From assembly GCF_036588685.1 (NCBI RefSeq), contig NC_086374.1:22320001-22384000 (forward strand): 64,000 bases of DNA. Reading direction: 5' to 3'. The translations under genes and the position numbers were made by a program. Positions 30,901 through 42,900 of this stretch are shown here, piece after piece. Source of the stretch: Mytilus trossulus. Lineage: Eukaryota. The notes beneath the pieces are model-generated. The model was not told where the DNA came from and made no database searches. It saw only the letters and a list, made by a program, of their open reading frames with translations. Numbering within the stretch: the stretch's first letter is position 1; each line of letters starts with the position of its first letter.

Positions 30901-33900
30901 CTTGTCGTTGTAGCAGCAGAGGTACTCACACTTGGTTGTGTAGCAGCAGATGTACTAACGCTTGTCGTTGTAACGGCAGAGGTACTCACACTTGGTTGTG
31001 TAGCAGCAGAGGTACTCACACTTGGTTGTGTAGCAGCAGATGTACTTACACTTGTCGTTGTAGCAGCAGATGTACTTACACTTGGTTGTGTAGCAGCAGA
31101 GGTACTTATACCTGTTGTTGTAGCCTCAGTCGTACTCACACTTGGTTGTGTAGCAGCAGATGTACTCACACTTGGTTGTGTAGCAGCAGATGTACTAACA
31201 CTTGGTTGTGTAGCAGCAGATGTACTTACACTTGTCGTTGTAGCAGCAGAAGTAGTAACACTTGGTTGCGTAATAGCAGAGGTACTTATACTTGGTTGTG
31301 TAGCAGCAGATGTACTCACACTTGTCGTTGTAGCAGCAGATGTACTAACACTTGGTTGTGTAGCAGCAGTTGTACTTACACTTGGTTGTGTAGCAGCAGA
31401 TGTGCTAACACTTGTCGTTGTAGCAGCAGAGGTACTTTCACTTGGCTGTGTAACAGCAGAGGTACTTACACTTGGTTGTGTAACAGCAGATGTACTTATA
31501 CTTGGTTGTGTAGCAGCAGATGTTATAACACTTGTCGTTGTAGCCACAGATGTACTCACACTTGGTTGTGTAACAGCAGAGGTACTTACACTTGGTTGTG
31601 TAGCAGCAGATGTACTCACACTTGATTGTGTAGCAGCAGATGTACTAACACTTAGTTGTGTAGCAGCAGAAGTACTAACAATTGTCGTTGTAGCAGCAGA
31701 GGTACTTACACTTGGTTGTGTAGCAGCAGATGTACTCACACTTGGTTGTGTAGCAGCAGATGTACTCACACTTGGTTGTGTAGCAGCAGATGTACTAATA
31801 CTTGTCGTTGTAGCAGCAGATGTACTCACACTTGGTTGTGTAGCAGCAGAGGTACTCACACTTGGTTGTGTAGCAGCAGATGTACTAACACTTGGTTGTG
31901 TAGCAGCAGAAGTACTTAAACTTGGCTGTGTAGCAGCAGAGGTACTTACACTTGTTGTTGTAGCTGCAGAGGTACTTACACTTGGTTGTGTAGCAGCAGA
32001 TGTACTCACACTTGGTTGTGTAGCAGCAGAAGTACTAACACTTGGTTGTGTAGCAGCAGAGGTACTCACACTTGGTTGTGTAGCAGCAGATGTACTCACA
32101 CTTGGTTGTGTAGCAGCAGATGTACTAACACTTGGTTGTGTAGCAGCAGAAGTACTAACACTTGTCGTTGTAGCAGCCGAGGTACTTACACTTGTTGTTG
32201 TAGCTGCAGAGGTACTTACACTTGGTTGTGTAGCAGCAGATGTACTCACACTTGGTTGTGTAGCAGCAGAAGTACTAACACTTGTCGTTGGAACAGCAGA
32301 GGTACTCACACTTGTTGTTGTAGCTGCAGATGTACTCACACTTGGTTGTGTAGCAGCAGAGGTACTAACACTTGGTTGTGTAGCAGCAGAGGTACTTACA
32401 CTTGGTTGTGTAGCAGCAGATGTACTCACACTTGGTTGTGTAGCAGCAGAGGTACTAACACTTGGTTGTGTAGCAGCAGATGTACTCACACTTGGTTGTG
32501 TAGCAGCAGATGTACTCACACTTGGTTGTGTAGCAGCAGAGGTACTCACACTTGGTTGTGTAGCAGCAGATGTAATAACACTAGGTTGTGTAACAGCCGA
32601 GGTACTCACACTTGGTTGTGTAGCAGCAGATGTACTAACACTTGGTTGTGTAACAGCCGAGGTACTCACACTTGGTTGTGTAGCAGCAGAGGTACTTACA
32701 CTTGGTTGTGTAGCAGCAGAGGTACTAACACTTGGTTGTGTAGCAGCAGATGTACTCACACTTGGTTGTGTAGCAGCAGATGTACTAACACTTGGTTGTG
32801 TAGCAGCAGATGTACTCACACTTGGTTGTGTAGCAGCAGAGGTACTCACACTTGGTTGTGTAACAGCAGATGTACTCACACTAGGTTGTGTTGCTGAAAA
32901 ATAGAAAAGAAAATTGAATTGGACATTTTTTGTTTTGTAAATGTTTTTATTTATTTACATTTGTTTGTTTTAGATATAAATGGTACGTCCAGAATGTGTA
33001 TTTTTATTACCTACCAGTTTAAAAAGCTAGTTTTCTTAATTCATTGATTTTATGATGCTTAGTTACCTGATGTTTCAACAGAAGTGGTTGATACTGTTGT
33101 TGTGCCAGTTGTCAAAGTTGTAGGCTGAGCAGTCTCAGAAGCAGTAGAAAATCCAGCAGTAGATGTAATAATGGTTGTTTTGCTGGTCAAAGGTGTAGTA
33201 GCAGCAATTGTTGTTGTTGCTATTTCAAATAAGAAATGAAAATCTTGTTTACAAGAACTATCAAATATAAAGTGCAATATTCGACTCCCTTGGTTCATTA
33301 TAATCAAAAAACTTTTTTTAAAGCCTTCGCTAAAATGTTCTTACATGTGTTCTAAGTACAAAATAAAATTTGCAGTGTTTCATTTAAGATTGCAAATTAA
33401 ATTTCCTTAAAAAAACGATGAAATAACAAATTTGAGATATAGGCTACCTGTCTTGTGCACAATATATAAACGTCTAATGCCAATATATTCGACAGTGTCA
33501 TGTTTATTTTCAAATTCACTTCCGCTAATTGAAAAGTTCAGCAAGTGCTTTACTCATATCGATAACTTAACCTCTACTTGTGTAAAATTGTTTCGTGTTT
33601 GAAAATTATTAAATGGAAATATAAAACATCAGACTGCTCTGCCCAAATACAAAGACGTTTTGAAAATTGATCGAAAATATGTTATCTGTCGAATACAATG
33701 ACATTTTAAAAGGAAATTAGTTGTAATAAACTAATCTGTTCATAAAAGTTTATTAAAATTTATAATTAAACTAAGAAAATGCATGTATGTTAATCAATTT
33801 GTCATTTCCTTTTTAATCAAAACTATCAACTTACCAGATGGTTCAAAACAAGCCTTTATGACAACGTTTTTGATAGTAGGTGACAACTGATCATTTTGCG

Positions 33901-36900
33901 GAACTATTTTTAGTACAATTACGTTACCAGACACTCCCTTTAGATCAACAGGACTATCAAACTCAAATACCTGAAATAAAAATTAGCTGTTCATACCACA
34001 AATTGATGCTATTTGGGAAGTTTGAACGAGAAGAGATTGCGTAACATGGTTGCTATCTTTTGATCAAAGTCCTGGTTTGAATTTGGTTGTGATTATATCT
34101 TTGTTACAATGTGTAGTCTGGTTACATTCTATCCGTGTCTGTCAGAAATCTCTTGCAAGACTTATGTGTGCAAGGTTTACTTTTTATATCAGTACGATAT
34201 TTGCACAACTCGAAACAAAACAAGCAATTGAAAAGACTACTTTCTAATTTAGTGGTTAATTATCGAAAGATATAGAATCAACAATTCCGCATACTTTATT
34301 TTGGAACACAAACCTTGATATCAAAGTTCAAGAAATAATCAGTATGTCTTAATTAGATATAGGAAAATGTGGTATGAGTGACAATGAGACAACTGTTCAT
34401 CCAAATAACAATTTATAAAAGAAAACAATTATAGGTCAATGTACGGCCTTAAGATTACAAACAAAATAGCAAGATACTGAGAGTGGTTTTTGGTATGATC
34501 GAATGCATATTTCATAACTAATGCCCTTTACAAAAACGATTGCAAATGATAATTAGATTCATGAAAAAAACTATTTATCAAAGAAACGATATTTTGCTAG
34601 GTAATTTTCTGCTTTGTGCCGACCTGATGAGTTAAGCTATTTTTGAATTTAAAGTTAGTCTAAACTTATGCTGTAACACCACATTTCCGTGTTCTATGGG
34701 ACGAGAGCGCTCAGAAACATGTTAAACTCTGACCTATTCTTAATTATGTGCCTTTTCCAAGTAAGAAGCCTGTTGATCAGTGGTTGCGGTGGTTTCATGT
34801 CAGATTTTGTTTTAGTAAATTAGTTTGTTGTTAATGAGGCCCCTACTTTTTGGTCGAGTCGGGGCCTATCAAAGCCGACTATAAGAGGCTTTTCTTCCTC
34901 AGAAATAGATAAGCCTAGCTGAATTTTAGTCCTCAATGTTCTTTTTTCTTTGTTTGGCCTTTTCAGCTTTTTGGGATTCTCGAGTCACTGATGAGTCTTT
35001 TGTAGACAAAACGCTCGTTTTGCGTACAAACCAAATTTAATCCTGGTAAATATGATAAATTTATTTATTTGATAATGACCGTACGGTTGCCTATAATTGC
35101 TTATATATCATTTACTTGAACTTTGATGGATTGCGGTATCATTGGCAATCGCATCACATCTCCTTATTATAATATACCATGCTATTATGAAAAAACCTGT
35201 TCACAGTTTGAAACTAATTCAACTATATATGTTTGTTAACTGAAAAATTCCTAGACAACAATGTTAAAGTAATATCGAACCGATGCAACCACTAGTCGAT
35301 ACCCTTAAACTAAATCCAGTAAACATAAGGATGCATTTCAAATGCAATTATTTTTATGCTTATATGCTGTAATTTGGCTATTTATTTTAGGTATTTTTGA
35401 CATGTAGCTCTTCAACGACGTTCAGTACTTATACATCTTCGGATTGCAAATATTTGGCTTTGAGCGTTCCTGATGAAGGTAAATCCAGAAAAGCGCTTCG
35501 GACGCAATAAATTATAAAACGTGTTGTTTTCCATTTTTTTTAATAGTAATTTACCTGTTAATAGTTTCTATTAAATTTCAAAACAAATATTTAGATATTT
35601 TCGTATCATACAAAATATAATTGTCTTGAGACATATCAAAATTTCAGTTACTGCAATATTCGTATATCCACTTTGTTTTTATTCATTGTTACAAAACAAA
35701 AGCAATGCCTTGTATATATTCTATCCAGCTAATTTATAAGATATGTTGATAAAAAGGCCATTTTTCTTGAACCAAAAATATTCGTTGTTTTAATTAATTT
35801 GCATTATACTAATTAGGTTTAACATAAATGCCACAATCAAGTCAGTAACATCAGTTGAATCAACAAAAGACTATAAGAACCGGCCTTGGAGATTTTAATT
35901 ATTTTTTTCAAATATGCAGACGGATTACTGGTTTTACCTCCAATATCAAACAATACATGAGTAAATGATAAAGATGTCCTTAAGATTATTCATTAAAGCT
36001 AAATAAAAATAAATAAAAAAAAAAGAGGAATTATACCTTTAAGTAACATATCAGTTTAATTTAGTTAGCCGCATAATATCACGACAAACAATAATTTACT
36101 TTTTTTAATGGTATACTTACAGGTATTCTATCTATTACAGTTGTATCCTGTTTGACAATAACTGTTACAGATTCAACATTAGTTTCATCAAAAGTTATGG
36201 AGTACAATTCTGATGTATCATCTGCATCGTTTATCTTAAAGGTTAGTTTAGGGTTTTCGTCTGTATCATCTGGAGTCCATCCTTTTTGTATCTGTGAATC
36301 TGCTGCCACATCTCCTGGTGCATTAGAAGAACTATCTACCGTGACATCAGTTGGTTGAGATCCATCCAACATAACTTTAGCGCACTCTGTTATAAAGAAA
36401 AATATTCTGTCTTAAATACAATATCAACACAAATTAAGAAATAGGCTTACGATCATCTGCATATACTGAAGATGATTTCTTATTGTTTGAATTCCTGAAG
36501 TGGTACAGTTGATTTCAGTGTGTCTTAACAAAGTGTAATCAAAGTGATGATTACTAAATCAACAATAAATGAAAAGAATAAATGATTCTTGTTTCTAAAC
36601 TAAAACAAAAGGCTGTTCAACATTGACGTATATCGTCTCATTGCTTTTTGTCAAGTATCATACTTTCAGTCAGCTTTAACTCTAACTCAATTCAAAAACT
36701 CAATTTAGTACAATGGAAAACAATCTATGATTTAAAATTGGTTGAAATAATGTATGGAAGATAGGTAACTGATATATACAATAAAACATCAAAAGAATAA
36801 TCAGCATAAACACAAATACTAGTAAAAATTATAACATTAATTATAACTCGTTTACACCGAAATAAGAAAAAAAAGTGAAAATGACAAACAAATTACCTGT

Positions 36901-39900
36901 TGTTGTCAAAACGGTTGTTGTTGGTGAAACTCTTGGTGTAGTTTCAGATGTAATGACAGTAGTTTCTGTAGTTGACGATGGTGTTGTAGTGATAGTGGTA
37001 GTAGTAGGTTGTGTCGATACAGAACTACTAACACTTGGAGTTGTTACGACACTGGTTCCAGTTGTTTGTGTCGTTGATGTGGTAGGGGCTTTTGTAGTAA
37101 TAGCAGTAGTTGTTTCTGTGAAAAATGATTAAATAAATATCAGAACATATAAAAGAAATACAATGACGAGACGTGTTTCATAAGAAGTGAAAATATGGTC
37201 ATCAATTTGAATCCATAAAAAAACCCAGAAGATTCCAAACAAGCAGTGTTTCAAAAACAACAAACAATTTTATCAATTCAAAGATGTCTTAATACAGCCC
37301 TCAAGGTAAAAGGCATATCCTACTGAAAACTGAATTACTGACAATATGAATATATACAAAACGGAAAGAGTGATATTTCCACTTATCATATACTTGTATG
37401 AAATATTACTAAAATTTTACAGTTCATAAACATTTAAAATATTAAAAGGCTATTAAAGGTTTGCTAGGTTTATTGAACAGATTTCTCAGAATTTCATCAG
37501 CGGGCTGATAAAGGGACCTTTATTTTCTGCTTCCGGAATGTTATCACATGCCTTTCCGTTCATTTCCGTGACGTTTATCACATGCAACTTCGTGCATTTC
37601 CGGAAATTTGTTCGAAAACGACAAAACAGTGCGGAAAACCGAAAGTGATTTAATACTTTTCACAAAATAGTTGAGGAGCAAATATATGTTGTGACAAGAT
37701 AAATAAAATGCTTGTAATATCAATAAAATCAATTAAATTAAAAAAAACTTTTAATCAATAGTTCTTGTCTGTATTTCTTCTGCTGAAGTATATGATAAAA
37801 AGATCATTACATGTCATTTTTCATATCAGACCCTTTATCGGCCCTCGTTCATGATATCATCCCTTAAGCCTGCGGCTCTTGTGCCGATATCATGACCGAA
37901 GGCCGATAAAGGGTCTGAGGGTCTGATATGAAAAATGCCATGTAATAATCTATACTTTATCTACACTGAAAAAACACAACATAATGAAACGAAACACTCT
38001 TTTATAAGAAAAATATTCACTTATATATAAATAATACATAAAGTCAATGATTACTTACCAATCTCTTCGAAACATGCCTTAATTACTACATTACTAATGG
38101 TTGGTGTCTCATCAGTAGTGTCTGGTTTAATAATCAATTCGATGATGTTTCCAGGTTTTCCACCTAGACTGATAGGACTGTCAAAGTTGTCAACCTGAAA
38201 GAGAAAGAAATGTCTTATGATCATCTATGCGTCATCTCGTTGCTTAAGGGTTTTGTTAAATCTTATGATGCGCTGGTTTATCAAAGTACTTCTTAGCAGA
38301 AACTTTATTATTCAATATTTCGTTCTAAAGATGGTAGAAATAAAAGATCGTATTACTTACAGGTATTCTGTCTATTACAGATGTATCCTGTTTAATTTTC
38401 ACAATTACAGATTCAACATTGGTTTCATCAAAAGTTATGGAGTACAATTGTGATGTATCATCTTCATCGTTTATCTTAAAGATTAATTTAGGGTTTTCGT
38501 CTGTATCAGCTGGACTCCATCCTTTTGGTTTCTGTGAATCTGATGGTAGATCCCCTGGAGCATTAGAAGAACTATCTACTGTGACATCAGATGGTTGGGA
38601 TCCATCCAACATGACTTTAACGCACTCTGTAATAAATACAGACATATCCTCGTGTATAATCAAAAGACAACATTCAAATGAGTAAAGATACATGATTACA
38701 ATCATTAGCAGATACTGGATATATATATCAATTGTTTGACGTGTTAAAATTTGACGGTTAATTTGTTTTCTTCAAGCTAAATTTAAATCTACTTTAAATG
38801 ATTAAATAAACAATTAAACGAATACTTGATTCCTGTTTTCCAGACTCAGGACGTTATTTTACATTTTGTGCAAAAGCAAAGTCTTCTTCGACATTGAACA
38901 AGTCATGTTGAATTTAATTCAACGTCCATATTTTCGAAGCTCAGTTTAAACAGAGTTAAAGACCTCAAAAAACTTAATTTATTAAAAGAGAGAATAATCT
39001 GAAGTCAAAATTGGTCTGATTGATTCAGATTATTCATTTGTTTTATAAATTAATACAGAAAAGGAATAATGTACATTCTGAAATGTTTGCGTTCATACAT
39101 ATTTTTTGTAAATTTTGATGAATAGGAAATAATAAGAGAATAATTTGCGATTTCCGGAATGATTGCGAGCTGATTTATGTATCAGATATCAGAATGCAAG
39201 TTCTTTTTATTTTGAAACTCACCAAGATGCATTTTTCGCAATAATAAAAAGTAAAATAACAAAAATACTGAACTCAGAGGAAAACCAATACGGAAAGTCC
39301 ATAATCACATGGCAAAATCAAATAACAAAACGCATCAAAAACGAATAGACAAGAACTGTCATATTCCTGACTTGGTACAGGCATTTTCAAATGTAGAAAA
39401 TGGTGGATTAAACCTGGTTCTATAGCGCTTACCCTCTCTCTTTAATAACAGTCTCATCAAATTCCGTTATATTTACATGTTGCGTTAAATAAACATTCAC
39501 AATTAATAAAATAGTCAAGATATGGGTACATCAGTCATCATCGCATAACAATTTTAAAAGGGACAATTTAACAGAACATAAAAACATCTATCTACGAACA
39601 CATGGATTGACTTGAGTGTCTGACGTCATAAAATTTGTATACGTCACATAAATTTGTCGTTCAATGTGCATACAAACAGTTTTAAAATTTACATATGCAA
39701 TGTAACCATACAGAGTTAAAAATCAAAAGTATGTAAGAACAAATTACAGAAATAGACCGAGATTTAAAGTAGTCCAAAAGTAATAGGTAGAATTTATGAG
39801 AATCCAAAAATAGTTAAATCCACTACGCGATTGAATGATTTTGACGTTTGTGGTTCAACGTATATAGTAATTCATAATAGAAATATATCATAATGGCATA

Positions 39901-42900
39901 TAATAGACTAAAATAATACTGACGGGATCTTTTAAAGTACAGAGTCACGTAATAAGAACAAAAGAAATACAAAGATTCGCATATACAAAACAAATCACCA
40001 AAAAATGAAAGCCAATACACACACATTGACGAGATGTATAAGTACCGAGCCACGTCAAACGGATATCACATAAAACCATTCAACAGTAAAAGTAATATTA
40101 ATAATAGAACAAAGACAAATGAAAGAACAGTAAAACATGTTGTTAAGATGATAAACAACATCAGTACGCAGAATCTATACATCAAGACCATCGTGTATTA
40201 TTTGAGAAGTTGATAAAGCTTGCAATAATTTTGAAATTTACAGTAATTTGTATAAACACAAACATCGACAGTACAACATAGCATACCACCCGACAGTACT
40301 CGATAACACCGAAATAGAAAAAAAATGTATAAATGACAAAGAAATTACCTGTTGTTGTCAAAACGGTTGTTGTTGATGAAACTGTTGGTGTAGTTTCAGA
40401 TGTTATGACAGTAGTTTCTGTAGTTGACGATGGTGTTGTAGTGATAGTGGTAGTACTAGGTTGTGTCAATATAGAACTAGTAACACTTGGAGTTGTTACG
40501 ACACTGGTTCCAGTTGTTAGTGTCGTTGATGTGGTAGGAGCTTTTGTTGTAATAGCAGTAGTTGTTTCTGTGAAAAATGATTCAATAAATATCAGAACAT
40601 ATAAAAGAAAAACAATGACGAGACGTGTTTCATAAGAAGTGAAAATATGAGTCATCAATTTGAATCCAAAACCCAAGAAAATTCCACATAACCAGTGTTC
40701 CCAAAACAACAAAAAAATTTATCAACTCAAAGATGTCTAAATAAAGTCATTAAAGTAGACAGCATATACTACTAAAAACTGAATTACTGACAGTATGAAT
40801 CTATACAAAACGGAAAGAGTAATATTTACACTTATCCCACACGAAGAAAGAAGATAATGAAACGAAGCACTCTTTTATAAAAAAAAATGTTCATTTATAT
40901 ATAAATAATACATAAATTCAATAATTACTTACCAATCTCTTCGAAACATGCCTTAATTACTACATTACTAATTGTTGTTGTCTCATCAGTAGTGTCTGGT
41001 TTAATAATCAATTCGATGATGTTTCCAGGTTTTCCACCTAGACTGATAGGACTGTCAAAATTGTCAACCTGCAAAAGAAAGTAATTTCGTATGATCATCT
41101 ATGCGTCATCTCGTTGCTTAAGGGCTTTGTTGGAGAATTCTTATGATGCGCTTGTTTATCAAAGTACTTCTTAGCAGAAACTTTATTACTCAATATTTCG
41201 TTCTAAAAATTGACGAAATAAAAGATCGTATTACTTACAGGTATTCTATCTATTACAGTTGTATCCTGTTTGATTTTCACAATTACAGATTCAACATTGG
41301 TTTCATCAAAAGTTATGGAGTACAATTGTGATGTATCATCTTCATCGTTTATCTTAAAGATAAGTTTAGGGTTTTCGTCTGTATCAGCTGGACTCCATCC
41401 TTTTGGTTTCTGTGAATCTGATGGTAGATCCCCTGGAGCATTAGAAGAACTATCTACTGTGACATCAGATGGTTGGGATCCATCCAACATGACTTTAACG
41501 CACTCTATAATAAACAAAGACATATCCTCGTGTATAATCAAAAGACAACATTTAAATGAGTAAAGAAACATGATTACAATCATTAGCAGATACTGGAGAT
41601 ATATATATATATATATCAATTGTTTGACGTGTAAAAATTTAACGGTTAATTTGTTTTCTTCAAGCTAAATTTAAATCTACTTTAAATGATTAAATGAACA
41701 ATTAAAAGAATATTTGATTCCTGTTTTCCACACTCAGGACGTAATTTTACATTTTACGCAAAAGCAAAGTCTTCTTCGACATTGAACAAGTCATATTGAG
41801 TGCTGATTTATGTATCAGATATCACAATGCAAGTTCTTTTTATTTTGAAACTCACCAAGATACATTTTTCGCAATAATAAAAAGCTTGCAATAATTTCGA
41901 AATTTACAGTAATTTGTATAAACACAAACATCGACAGTACAACATAGCATTACACCCGACAGTACTCGTCAACACCGAAATAAAAACAAATATAAATGAC
42001 AAAGAAATGACCTGTTGTTGTCAAAACGGTTGTTGTTGAAGAAACTCTTGGTGTAGTTTCAGATGTTATGACAGTAGTTTCTGTAGTTGACGATGGTGTT
42101 GTAGTGATAGTTGTAGTAGTAGGTTGTGTCGATACAGAACTACTAACACTTGGAGTTGTTATGACACTGGTTCCAGTTGTTTGTGTCGTTGATGTGGTAG
42201 GGGCTTTTGTAGTAATAGCAGTAGTTGTTTCTGTGAAAAATGATTCAAAAAATATCAGAACATATACAAGAAATACAATGACGAGACGTGTTTCATAAGA
42301 AGTGATAAAAAAATAAATCATCAATTGAATTCATAAAGAAAACAGAGAATTCCAAACAAGCATTGTTCCCAAAGCAACAAACTATTTTATCAATTCAAAG
42401 ATGTCTTAATACGTCCATCAAGGTAAAAGGCATATACTATGGAAAACTGAATTACTGACATTATGAATATATACAAAACGGAAAGAGTTTTATTTCCACT
42501 TATTCTACTCTGTAAAAAACACAAAATAATGAATCGAAGCACTCTTTTATAAGAAAAATGTTCATTAATATATAAATAATACATAAAGTCAATAATTACT
42601 TACCAATCTCTTCGAAACATGCCTTAATAACCACATTACTAATTGTTGGTGTCTCATCAGTAGTGTCTGGTTGAATAATCAATTCGATGATGTTTCCAGG
42701 TTTTCCACCTAGACTGATAGGACTGTCAAAGTTGTCAACCTGCAAGAGAAAGTATTTTCGTATGATCATCTATGCGTCATCTCGTTGCTTAAGGGTTTTG
42801 TTGGAGATTTCTTATGATGCGCTGGTTTATCAAAGTACTTCTTAGCAGAAACTTTATTACTCAATATTTCGTTCTAAAAATTGACGAAATAAAAGATCGT

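Noticed and set aside
28553-32893. CRISPR-like regular repeat array
   Set aside because: Head-to-tail units with no unique spacers, no cas genes, and a eukaryotic exon-intron context
28642-32904. 1,420-aa hydrophobic plus-strand ORF (VLTLGCVAAD)n and Cys-rich ORFs (TWLCSSRCTH)n
   Set aside because: Antisense shadows of a 30-bp repeat whose consensus lacks stops in those frames. Splice sites and phase support only the minus-strand PTS frame, and the Cys-rich frame is broken by stops.
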